Of a DNA stretch of 64,000 nucleotides, positions 25,910 through 37,112 are shown piece by piece (within the stretch, counting starts at the first letter, position 1; each line of letters begins with the position of its first letter). The DNA is from Hemiscyllium ocellatum (lineage: Eukaryota), in contig NW_026867633.1 of NCBI RefSeq assembly GCF_020745735.1, forward strand, positions 682,001 through 746,000, read 5' to 3'. The notes below the pieces were generated by a model. The model searched no databases. It worked only from the letters and a program-made list of their open reading frames with translations, and was not told the origin of the DNA. A program made the translations under genes and the position numbers.

Positions 25910-25978
25910 CAGGAGCACCGATAGGTACCATCGCAGCTGGTTACACATAATAAATCATTTTGTTGCTGGTCCATCTAT
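25910..25978 (-). pseudogene. Possible exon-1 relic of another GPR139-like gene
   Basis: The reverse complement ATA GAT GGA CCA GCA ACA AAA -TG ATT TAT TAT GTG TAA CCA GCT GCG ATG GTA CCT ATC GGT GCT CCT G|GT resembles the family exon 1 as I recall it (MHGPAT...IYYP.LAAIGVP, phase-1 donor). No clear exon 2 was found. Confidence 0.35.
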
Positions 25979-26794
25979 AAATAGTCTTTCATTTGGACAT
26001 ATTACAGCCTCGTGGACTCAACATCTACTTCACTAATTTCATACATGAATATTCCCTTCCTTTCTCTTTGCCGCGTTCAGTCCCCAGTTCATTCATGAAA
26101 TGTGTTGCCTTCCGCAAATCCATTTTCAATGACATACTACTTCCCATGACCAAGCTTCTAAATTGTTTTCTTCCCTGGTTTACTATGAGCATTGGTTTAT
26201 TTCTGTCTGTCCTTTCATTTATCTCACTCTTTCGCTGTTTCTCTCTCTCTATCTCTCAGTCTCTGTCTTGTTCAGTTCCTGCTACACAGATCAGTTCCTG
26301 CTCCCCACACGCTCCCCACAGTTATCCTCAGGTTCATTCCCCCTCCTAGTCAACGTCATAAATGTCACTTTTGTAAAGTGTTTAAGCATCTGATAAGGGT
26401 CACTGGATCGGAAAGGTTCACTCTGTTTGTCTCTTCACAGATGTTGCCGACCGTGTTCGGTCGATCTGACAGCTCCAGACATAGTTTTGAATTCAAATCC
26501 TCACCTTTCAAAATTAATTTGCAAACCCCTTCAGATTTAATCTCAGTTTGCGCTGCTTCTCCCATTTGCATCTCTTCCTCAAGAGTTTCCTCGCACTGTT
26601 CGATTTTGCATCGTCATGCCTCGGACTGAATCCCTTGACAGTGAAGGATATGTTTTGTCAGGTTCACATGTCAATTCCACCTGTTTTCGATAACGGCCTC
26701 ATTCGTTTCTCAAACGCTCTGTCTAGAATGACATGGAGGAAAATTCCACATTTTTCACTTTAATTTTCAGTGTGTGACTACTCAGTCCCAACCA

Positions 26795-27530
26795 TTAGAA
26801 CATAGAAGATAGAACATCGAATGTTGCAGCGCAGTACAGGCCGTTTTGCCCTCGATGTTGCACTGAACTAGGAAACCAATCTCAAACCCATTGAACCGAA
26901 ACTATTCCATTATCATTGATATCAGAGTTGCACTGGAAAAGCACAGCAGGACAGGCAGCATCCGAGGTGCAGAAAAGTCGACGATTCAGGCAAAAGCCCT
27001 TCACCTCATATGCTGCCTGACCGGCTGTGATTTACAAGCTCCACTCCAATCTTGACTCTAACTTCCAGCATCTGCAGAACCCACTTTCACTATTGTTGTA
27101 TGTTCATCCAATAATCATTTAAATGCCCTGATGATTAGTGAGTGCACTACTATTGCAGGCAGGCCGTTCCAAGTCCTTACTATTTGCTGAGTAAACAATC
27201 TACCGCTGACATCAGTTCTGTATTTATCATTCCTCATAGTAAAGATAGGTGCCCTCGTGATAGCCATCACGATCCGAGGAATATGGTTTTTAATGTCTGC
27301 CATATCTAATCATCTTATCATCTTGTATGTCTGTATTAAGTCATCTTTCATCCTTGTCTCGAATTAAACCAGCCTCAATTCGCTCACCCTTTCCCCATCA
27401 GACCTTCCCTCCATACCAGGGAACATCCTGGTAAATCTCTTCTGCAACTATTCCAATGCTTCCACATCCTTTCTATATTGTAGCGGCAAGAACTATGCGC
27501 AGTACTCCAAATACAGCTTCACCAGGGTTT
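26795..27530 (-). mobile_element. CR1 3' end with a nested Penelope pLTR inverted fragment (26920-27090)
   Basis: ORF 27115-27303 (KYRTDVSGRLFTQQIVRTWNGLP). The insert GGAAAAGCACAGCAGGACAGGCAGCATCCGAGG is followed by its inverted counterpart. Confidence 0.85.
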
Positions 27531-27559
27531 TGAACGATAGGATACGATTACCAGCCATA

Positions 27560-28232
27560 GCATTGCCATGTTAGTAAACTCTAGATAGTATAAATTGGAG
27601 GCGTGTAAGTATTAGTTAATTTACACATTTCAACAGCAAGTGCAAGAAGGTGAAATTATTTTAAACGTTGTCTTGGCCACAGCTAGGTATTGCGAGCACA
27701 TCTGGAATCCACATTAAAGGAAGGACGCGATTTCACTTAAAAGGACGCAGAGGAGATTTACTAGGATGTTACCGGGCAGATTTAAAAAGATGCTGTCTCA
27801 ACTGCAGAGTTTTAGTCATGAAGATAGACTGGAAAAACTGACGTTCTAGCAGAGTAGATTGAGAGAGGAGGCGATTGAGATGTTAAAAAGATATGGACCG
27901 AAGAGATTGTCCCTCGTGTGGAGGTATCAGTTACCACGCGAACATGAATTTAAGGTGAAAGCTCGAAGTTTCTAAGGAGATGTGAGGCAAAAGCGTTACA
28001 TCCCCAGAGACTGGTGGGAATCTGGAAGTAACTATTTCTAAGATTGTTATTGGCAGTAACCGTCAATGCATTTAAGAAATATTGAGAAGTGTACCTACAA
28101 TGTCAAGGTATGGTAGGCGATGTGAACATTTGCCAGAAAATAGAAGACAACAGTTCATTTGTTGTTTTTGGTGATTCAAAAAGCTATCGGCAGAAAGGTC
28201 GTTTTCAGTGCTGTAGATCCGAATGACTCTAA
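27560..28232 (+). mobile_element. Old CR1 3' portion
   Basis: Decayed WNPH*RKDAISLKRTQRRFTRMLPG region and CR1 tail. Confidence 0.7.
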
Positions 28233-28390
28233 TTCAAGAACTAAGCATGCTGCTGGACAAAGCTCTAATTATTTTTCTAATGCTGCCACAATCATTGGCG
28301 TCAATTCCTCTGTACCTTGGCCTCCCAGCAGTTGTGTAAACAACACTTGCAATTAGCATCAGATAACTTATTTATCAAACGTGTAGTACA

Positions 28391-28534
28391 NNNNNNNNNN
28401 NNNNNNNNNNNNNNNNNNNNNNNNNNNNNNNNNNNNNNNNNNNNNNNNNNNNNNNNNNNNNNNNNNNNNNNNNNNNNNNNNNNNNNNNNNNNNNNNNNNN
28501 NNNNNNNNNNNNNNNNNNNNNNNNNNNNNNNNNN
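28391..28534. other. Assembly gap (144 N)
   Basis: Run of N. Confidence 1.
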
Positions 28535-28865
28535 ATGTCTTCCACTCTCAAATTGCTTAAAACCATGACTTGAGCACATTGTAACACTCAGAGAATACTT
28601 TCATCACTGAATTTTGTTTCCATGGAAAACCTTGAACTAATAGGGCGTTCATTGAAATCATTTGCCCAGTGGCTGTAAACGCAGTAAACAATTGCATTAA
28701 CAGAGCTCAGGTGTTCACGATGAATTAACGTCAGCTAAAAAAAAACAGAATATTGTCTCGCAGGGATTGTCCTCTCTACTTTATTTAGGATTTCCCTTCA
28801 CTGACATCAACTTGTGCTAATTGATCTCCACAGAATTTTTCTTCACCATCGACAGGAGAGGCATC

Positions 28866-28953
28866 ATGAATTTGGCTGATCTAGTTTCATTCTATGAGGA
28901 GGCGATCATCATACAGGATGTATTTCAGGAGGTAGAGAGGATCTACTTCGGGA
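28866..28953 (+). CDS. Probable (truncated) exon 1 of the GPR139-like receptor
   Basis: The ATG at 28866 gives MNLADLVSFYEEAIIIQDVFQEVERIYFG, which resembles the family N-terminus leading into TM1. The expected ...P.LA..GVP|GT end is missing and the frame stops at TGA 28962. Confidence 0.55.
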
Positions 28954-28985
28954 GTGGATGCTGAATGATTTCTTACCTGTCGTAG

Positions 28986-29924
28986 ATGTCATGGTATATA
29001 ATAACTGTGTTTACTTTCTCAGTTAACGTCATAACGATTGTGATACTTTCCCGGGGCAAGTGTGGACTCGCTGGATGTGTCACTTGCTACCTCGTGACCA
29101 TGGCAATGGCAGATCTGCTGGTGGTGCTCATCGACCTGATATTGAGACAGATTCCCATTCTTTTTCCAGAACACTTTATTTTCCTGGAGGACGTGGATGT
29201 GTGTAACATTCACGCTGTGCTGCTTTATGCAGTCACAGACTGCTCTGTCTGGTTCACTGTTGCATTCACCTTCGATCGTTTTGTGGCCATTTGCCACCAG
29301 AAGCTGAAACCCAAATATTGTAGTGATAAAACAGCAGCTGTAGTTCTGGGAACAGTGACTGTCTTGAGCTCTTTGAAGAACATAATCTGGTATTTTATGT
29401 ACAACAATAGGTATCGTTTCCTGAATGATCCTGTGCTTTGTGGTCTGAATCTGGATGATCCTAATTTGACATTATGGGCTGCAATTGAAATTGTCACCTA
29501 CATTATCACGCCTTGCCTTCCATTTGCACTGATCCTGCAGCTCAACGTTTTCACTGTCAGACACATTTTAGTGAGCAGCAGAGCCCGCAGGAGACTCCGA
29601 ACTCACAGCAATAAGGAGAGTCTCCGAGATACTGAGATGGAGAATCGAAGGAAATCCATTATTTTACTGTTTGCTATTTCTGGCAATTTCATCCTGTTGT
29701 GGGCAGTGTTCACAGTGATATCTATACTTCGGCGATTTGATTATCTGGGTGTCCTTAATTATGTACCTGTGTATTTTATAGATTTAGGCTTCATCCTCCA
29801 ACTCCTGAGTTGCTGCACAAACATTGGCATCTACGCCATAACACAAGCTAAGTTTAGAGGACAATTCAAGAATGTAGTGACATACCCCTTCAGTATTGCA
29901 GGGAAATTAATTAAACTTTGTTAG
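28986..29924 (+). CDS. Class A orphan GPCR, shark-expanded GPR139/GPR142-like family (the exon itself probably starts at acceptor 29023)
   Basis: 312-aa intact ORF with hydrophobic TM segments: TM1 Asn (VNVITIVIL), TM2 MADLLV, TM3 Cys and FDRFVAIC, ECL2 Cys, TM5 PCLPF, TM7 CCTNIGIY and helix 8 KFR. A polypyrimidine acceptor TTTACTTTCTCAG lies at 29010-29022. Confidence 0.93.
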   Translation: MSWYIITVFTFSVNVITIVILSRGKCGLAGCVTCYLVTMAMADLLVVLIDLILRQIPILFPEHFIFLEDVDVCNIHAVLLYAVTDCSVWFTVAFTFDRFVAICHQKLKPKYCSDKTAAVVLGTVTVLSSLKNIIWYFMYNNRYRFLNDPVLCGLNLDDPNLTLWAAIEIVTYIITPCLPFALILQLNVFTVRHILVSSRARRRLRTHSNKESLRDTEMENRRKSIILLFAISGNFILLWAVFTVISILRRFDYLGVLNYVPVYFIDLGFILQLLSCCTNIGIYAITQAKFRGQFKNVVTYPFSIAGKLIKLC

Positions 29925-31839
29925 GACTGATAGATTCCAGATTAGAACTCAACGGTGGATCCAATAATGACCTACAACCAATTCATATCGGTCCTATGAT
30001 GGCAGACACTAACACCCAGTGTAGTCACTCACTGACAATCTGGCGCAGTAAATACAATGGTGCGCTTGCTGTTGGGTTAGGCAGCGGTTCGGAACTCAGT
30101 CATACATTGACGAATCATATTTAGTCATGAACCAGAAGTCATCAGGGCTGTGTCTACCCAGCGACGGGAGATTACTGAATATTGTGCTGGTCAATGGAGG
30201 GATTATAGATTGGAGTTTGGATCAGTCAACTCATGTAAATTTTGGCAATGTACCGGGATGGAACTCTTTTTAATTAGTGACTGTCAAGGTCGGAGGGAGT
30301 AAAATGTTCTGAATGAGACACCAGTCTGCAATCTGATGTTGATTTCTTCGAAAAGGTGAAGATAGACCTGTGAGGCGTTGCTTCTCCATTATTTATCGTC
30401 ATTATATATTGTGAACAAAGTTTGAGGGAATTCAAACTGGGCTTGCTGGCTGCAGGATCTGCTCTCATTTGAAGCCACAGTGCAATCTGTCCAACCCTCT
30501 GTCTATCTACCGACGCTTTCATCAATCCATCTATCTACCAGTCTGTTATCAATCCATCTTTCTATCTACAGATCTCTCTGTCCGTCCACATATCTATCTC
30601 TCTGTGTATGTATTCGTCTATCTGTGCCTCTATCTATTTCCAATTCTCGAAATGTGTGATCCGCTAGAATTATGGATGGTCTTTCAGAGGAATCAGTAAC
30701 GAATCCCAAACATATTCGTCTTAACTGTCTAAAAGAATGAAGCTGCAAAGTGTCAACTAGGTGATGAGATGGGAATATTATTGCTCTGGGCTTGAGTATC
30801 AGTCATGCATAGTACTGATAAATAGTTTGAAGGCTTATTTCGATGCTAATGTTCATACGTTTCAATCCAACTTCTCTAGCTTCTTTCTATTTTCCACGTA
30901 ATCAACTTATATTCTGCTTTAAAATAACATCTGTGGCTTTGGTTAAACCTGTTTTAGTGACTGACCGCCACGTGGAATCACTGGAAACATTCAAGGTGCG
31001 ATCTATTAAGCTGGCTAACGTTCTGGGATCTTGCTTAGTTATATTGAATGGTTGGGCATTTCTGATTTTACATAATGCACAGAATTGAAGTATTTGAATG
31101 TTCAAATTTCATGCTGCTCTGGGTGATTACACGCAAATTCACAAAAATGTTGAATGAACATTTTGAACTTGGGAATAATAACGGATTGGTGCTTTGCGAC
31201 AGACAAGAATTAAAAGCACGGAATCCAAGTATTAGCGTTTATACAATCATCGATTGTCACTGTCTCTGTATCTGATCCCTTGCTGTTCCCGTCCTGACAG
31301 TGATAAGGACAATGTAATTGCATTTTTACACCGTATGGTACCAACTGGGGGCAGTGAGTTGGAGAGCTCACTAACAACAGTGTATATTATCCTCTGCTGC
31401 CCCGGACCTGGAGGTGATTAGTTGGAAAAGATTTAAGCTGTCATCACCTACTGTGCCTGTCCAGGGAGTGTTTTCTGGTGGAACGTATGGAGAGAGTTTT
31501 ACTTTGTATCTAACCCTGTACTGTTTCTATCCTGTTAATTTTTGTTGGGGAGTAGAGAGGGTTTTGTTCTTTGTCTAACACCATTGTAGTTGTGCTTGGA
31601 GAATTTGTTGGGCATGATGTAGAGGGAACCTATAATCAAGAGCATAGTTTAAGTAAGTTGCAGTATACTTAATGGGGAGGTGACAGGAGGTCTTTCATCG
31701 AGAGATTGGAAGGAGGAACCCCAAGTAAAATGCAAATATAAACAATTGACTGAGAGATAGAAAACAGGCAGTCATGGTCATTTTTTTTCAGGGAACGGAG
31801 GAAAACTTGCAGTGGAGCTCACCAGGATTTTAGACTATA

Positions 31840-32205
31840 AGAACATAAGACTAAGGAGCAGAATTTTGGCCAGTCAGCCCATCAAGTCGGCTCCACCATT
31901 CAATAATGACTGATAAGATTCCCAATCACGTTCCCCAGCTTTCCAGCTTTAACCCTTGATCCTCTTGGTCCACAAGAGCCTATCTATCCCAGTCTCAAAT
32001 ATACCTAATGACCTGACCTCCATAGACATCTGTGGAAATGAATTACATCGATTCATCACTCTTTCTGAAGAAGACATTTTCCCTTTTCTCTGTTCTGAAA
32101 GGTCTTCCCTTTGTGTGAGGCTGTGCCATTGAGTCCTAGTCTCTCCTACCACTGGAAACATCGTTAAAACGGCCACGCTGTCCAGGCCATTCGGTATTCT
32201 AAACA
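31840..32205 (-). mobile_element. CR1 3' end
   Basis: ORF 31949-32176 (MFPVVGETRTQWHSL...RVMNRCNSFPQ) and a (CTTATGTT)-type tail. Confidence 0.8.
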
Positions 32206-32442
32206 GGTTAGAACTGGGACCCCCGCTTTTTCCTTAGTGCTACATATTAATCACGAAGATCTCACACTTCAGGAGACAAATTCAATTTTGGAAGAGTTGT
32301 AACTTGTGAGGTGGAGACTTTCTAATTGCAAATATGCATTTCACAATTTGTAGAACGAGATGGAGAGGTAACAGATGGTGTTCAAAGCGCACATAAGAGA
32401 CAGCAACAGAATGACAGCATGTGATCACGAGGGAGAGCGGTG

Positions 32443-32473
<31 letters not shown>

Positions 32474-33069
32474 ACAGAGAGCACTGAAGAGATTTCCAGA
32501 ATCTAGGAGAGGGACGAGAACCTATAGGGAATGAAGAGAGGGGCTATTGGTTGAGGACTGTCCTCTCCAAGAGAAAAAGGACGAGGCAGGGAAATCGCGT
32601 GGGGATTGTACAGAGGAGGTGAGGAGAGCCAACTCGAACTGTCACAGGAAGAACGAAAGTAAAGAGATGCAGAGCTAAAGTGGTGTCCAAATGAATTAAC
32701 AAGGAAAGCCTTTGCACACAGTCAGTTATCAGCGTATGCAGTGCAGTTTCTGGAATTGTGGTGGAGGCATGTACAATGGAGGAACAAGGAATATTTATCT
32801 GTGTGGAAATGTTTGCTCAGAAATGGGGAATATTAAGAAATTGACTCTAGGTAGATACTCCTGGTTCAGGCTCGATGAGTCTAATAATTTCGTTTTGTGA
32901 CCTACCACTGCTCTGGTTTCGTGATTTAAGAGTAAGAGATTTGGGAGACCTACGTGTAAAACGTGTAAAACCATAGCTTTCAAGAGTACGAGCGAACAAC
33001 TGGGAAATGAAATTCTACAAGACGGTATCATGTACACAATGGGCCGAAGGCCCAATTACCGTAATGTAG

Positions 33070-33870
33070 AATCTGAACCACTATTTTGATTGAAGACACG
33101 GACCATTCAACACCTAACCTCAAAACAGTCTCGTTTCAAGTAAGAGCTCAACTCCAGAGGTGATGTGATAATGACTTCTGTGGACATCGAGGCATCTTCT
33201 GAACGAGTGTGATATCAAGGGGCCCAAACAATACAGAAATCTATGGGTGCCTGAGGTAAACTCTCCTTTGTTTGGAAACCTATCTGGCACAAAGGAAGGG
33301 TTTTGTGGTTTACGGATGGCAGTCTTCTCAGATCAAGAACATTCCTGTAGGTGCTCCTACGGAGTGTCCAAGGCCTAATCATCTTCAACTGTAACATCAA
33401 TGGTCTTACCGCCAACGGAAGCTCTAATGTTCGCCAATGATTACGCAATGTTCAGCACCACTTAACTCGATAAGGGCAGCACCTAACATTCAACACTCTC
33501 TCCTCCTCTATGGAGGCACATGAAGGTCATTGTTTACCACCTTGCAGAACTACTGTAGCCTTGGCGAACATCACATTTAAAACCCGTCACCTCAATCGTC
33601 TGGGAGCACGAGAGGCATCAAAGGCAAATGTTGTAACACCACTTACAAATTATATTTCAATTCGCACAGACACTCATCGCACAGACACTCATTGGGAGCA
33701 ATACCAACCATTCCTTCAGTGTTGTTGGAACCAAAACCTGGAAACCTTCCTTGTTAGCAACACTGTTACGTCTCACAGGAATTCCAGGATTCACGATGTC
33801 AACTTTCCCCTACACTGTCCAGGAATGCATTAAAAGCTGAATGATTAGCGCTGAGTCGTACACGTATTTA
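33070..33870 (+). mobile_element. Old non-LTR retrotransposon (CR1/L2 group) RT and 3' fragments
   Basis: Reads SVDIEASSERV*YQG...LETYLAQRK...GAPTECPRPN/IIFNCNINGL, a decayed version of LDIKAAFDRVWH...GVPQGSVLGP.IF...INDL. Confidence 0.7.
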
Positions 33871-35409
33871 TATAAATAATAATGTTCAACTGGCTCATTG
33901 AGAGAAGGTAGAGAGAGTTACCTTGGGAACTGCAAATAAATAATCTTCAATTTTCTGCATTCTCAGAACATCCCAGAGAGTGGAACCCAAAACCCTGTCG
34001 TGTCCTCTGCAATTGCTGAAGTGGCCAGCCGACAGCAAAGAGATCTTCCACAGCTTCGTGGTGGGGGCCATGGCATCACATTGTGAAACTTCTCCACATT
34101 CCTATTCCGAGGGCAGAAGTATGCTGCTGTATAAATATGGGGTATTAGGCTTTCCGTTGGAGTTCATTTCCCCAAATAATGGCATCAGGGTGGTTTCTTT
34201 GGAACTGGATCCAGCAGCTATTGGAAATCTTTCAATGTTCACGTTAATATAAGGGCTGCATTGGTCATTTGGCCCTTCGGGTTTGCTCCGCCCATCCAAC
34301 TTGGTCCCCTGCTCCATTGTTTCCAAAACAGTGTCCGATAAATCCATTAAATAATTTAGAACGAACGCAGGATTTCCCAATTATCCGGTCAGCTGGACCA
34401 AATTCTGCAGAAGGACGGGGGAAATAGCAAGACGCAAAAACATGGATGATAGATGTAGGAGGAGGCCGTTCGACCCTTAAAATCGACAAGGTTATTCATC
34501 ACGATCATGGCTGATCATCCAACTAAATAGCCTATTCCTTTTCTCCCCAAAACCTTTGATCTCATTCGCTCCAAGCGGAATATCTGGATGCATATTGAAT
34601 ACATCCAATGTTTCAGCATCAACTTCTCCCTGTGGGAATTAATTCCAAAAGCTCAACACTTTTTGGATGAAGAAGCGTTTTCTCATCTCCGTAATAAATG
34701 ATCGACCTCTAATTCCCAGAATTCCTAGGTCTGGACACTCCCACCATTTATCCTATCTCGTCCTGCTAGAATTTTGTAAGTCTGGATGAGCTCCCCCCAT
34801 TAGCCTGAACCCCAGGAAAAACAAATTTAATACAGTGAATCCATTCTCACATATCGATACCATCGGCCTCAGAACCAGCCTGCATTTGCCTAGAATCACT
34901 ATATATTACACATAAGTAGCTTCACACAACAGTTGAGCAGTTCTGAACCATCGATACACAACACTAACAATTACAACAATAACTGTCATCCACACGCACA
35001 GGCAGCCAAGGTAAAGTATATGGATGTAACTGGCGGAGAGAAGAAAATGAGTAAGTACTATATTGGTCCTTCCCACAGGACTTACTGAGATGATCCTTTG
35101 GGTTAATCACAATTCAGTTTCGCAACCGTCTATTCTCGTTGCTTTGACTTGTTTTCAGAAGGCACGGCTGGATCATGCACATCTGAAACGGTATTTTTTA
35201 TAACTAAATTCAACAGTCAATAGCAACTGAGCAGGCGAACAAAACCGCCAAGGTTGAGTTTGGAAGTTGTGTTTTAATGCAGAGTCGTTCAGAGCTTCTG
35301 GAGATCCGATGCTTACCACGCCGCACTACCCCCACCCCACTCCCTTCCACACGTTTGTCAGCTGCCACAAAGCTAAAGGACCCTTTTTCCTGAAATACAG
35401 ATCTGATAT

Positions 35410-36040
35410 TATTAAGTTCGCAGATGGTTTAAAAATGGAAGAGTGATTAACATTAGTCAATGCCCAGCGTGGAAGAGCATGGATGTAATGGTGGAACTGT
35501 ATTGACCGTTCGTACGGCCATAGTTGTAGTATTGTGCACATGTCTGAAATTCGTTTTACAGACATGACATAATTGTACTGGAAATGGTGCAGCGCAGGCT
35601 GGAGAAATTTAGTCCTGAAGACAGATTGGACAGACTGATGTTGTTTATCTGAGAGCAGCGGAGATCGTGAGGGGATATGATTGAGATGCAAAAAAAAGTT
35701 ATGTGGAGCAGAGACAGAATAGATTGTTCTCCGTGATGGAAGGATCAGTGACGATAGCACCAGTGATTAAAGGTAAGGATCAGAATGTGCCTGAATATCT
35801 GTGGTAACACTATTACAACCCGACAGTGTTGGAAATCTGGACTTCACTGTCTCTAAGATTGTCAAGGCATAAACTCTGAATACATTGAAGAAGTACTTAG
35901 ATGTGCAATTACAATCCCAATGCAAATAACACTGCAGGCCAACTACTGGAAACTAGGATTCAAATAGTTTGTTGACTGGTTTTGGTCATCACAGACGTTA
36001 TCGACTGAAGGGCCATTTGCTGTTCTCCAGATACCTATGA
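35410..36040 (+). mobile_element. Old CR1 3' portion
   Basis: Decayed KFADG / VRP*L*YCAH motifs and the CR1 tail. Confidence 0.6.
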
Positions 36041-36315
36041 TTCCGTTCTTCTTTAAAGATTCTGCAAACTGCGGGTTCAGCTTCTCTGTAAATAGGATTG
36101 CTCTTTGCTTGAAGCTACAACTGGGTAAACAGCAATTACAATGATTGTGAGCTAAATTATTTATTAAGTGTGGGGAATAATTTAACAAGTCTTAGGCTTT
36201 CAAAATTATTCATTTTCCTCATTTCAGTATACAATGTCCAACACAAAACTTTTCTGTTATTTTAACATTGTTTTATATAACTTCACATCTGCCCTGCAGC
36301 TCAGGTAATGGCTCG

Positions 36316-36412
36316 TGTACTCTGAGTGTGGTGCTAGCAGAGCACAGCATGTCAGGCAGCATCCGAGGAGCAGTAAAATGGACGTTCCGGGCAATAGCCC
36401 TTCATCAGGAAT
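36316..36412 (-). mobile_element. Penelope pLTR fragment with hammerhead motif (one core substitution)
   Basis: The reverse complement reads TTC CTGATGA A GGGC TATT GCCC GGAAC GTC. Confidence 0.7.
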
Positions 36413-36799
36413 TAGTACAAACCTCCAAGTGAAGGGGAAGGAAGTAGAAGAGAACACGATAATAATAGCTGTCAGAATCAGGAAGAGTATCTCAAACGCA
36501 ACAGAGAGGATAATACTCGAATATTGATTCTCAATTGATAAGGTAGTTTGGAGAATAGTGAGTAATGAGGATGACACTGACCATCTTCAAATTAATATTC
36601 GTATGTTGGCAGAATCGGCAGACACCTGGCAGATCAATTGCAATACCTATGCATAGGTGACGATGCTTTTTGATAGACAGAACATAGAGGCAATACAGAC
36701 TGAATAATACGATTTCACTGGACGTACAGGAGCAGAGACACTTCAGGGTTAACGTGCATGCATTTCAGACGGTAGCCAAGGAGATTGAAACATCACAGA

Positions 36800-37112
36800 A
36801 TATTATGGAATGGCTACCATTTGGAAACAGGGTTTTCAGCTCCACTCGTCAACACGGACCCTCGGAACACAAATGCCCCCATACCCATTCCCATTACCAT
36901 TACCCCATTATCGCATATTTACTGAGTTATGCACCTAATCTCAACATCCCTGGACACCTAAGCTTGGCTAATTCACCTAATCTTTAGACTGTGAGTCGAA
37001 ACAGGGGCACATGGAGGAAACCAACGTTGACACGGGGGAATGTGCCAACTCCACACAGACAGTCGCCCAAAGCTGGAATTGAACCTGGGTCCCTGGTGCT
37101 ATGAGGCACTGT
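36800..37112 (-). mobile_element. HE1-type SINE
   Basis: The reverse complement has the B box GGTTCAATTCC, GGCGACTGTCTGTGTGGAGTTGGCACATTC, and the core TAGGTGAATTAGCCAAGCT. Confidence 0.8.

Noticed and set aside
28301-28587. ORFs spanning the second gap
   Set aside because: N-run artefacts.
29019-29497. Antisense ORFs within the GPCR
   Set aside because: Shadow frames of the real coding strand.
32390-33000. Possible solo LTR (likewise about 53700-54080 and 56848-56990)
   Set aside because: LTR-like composition only. I could not establish paired TG...CA ends, a TSD, a PBS or a PPT.
33663-33692. 15-bp tandem duplication CGCACAGACACTCAT x2
   Set aside because: An ordinary slippage duplication within a dead LINE.
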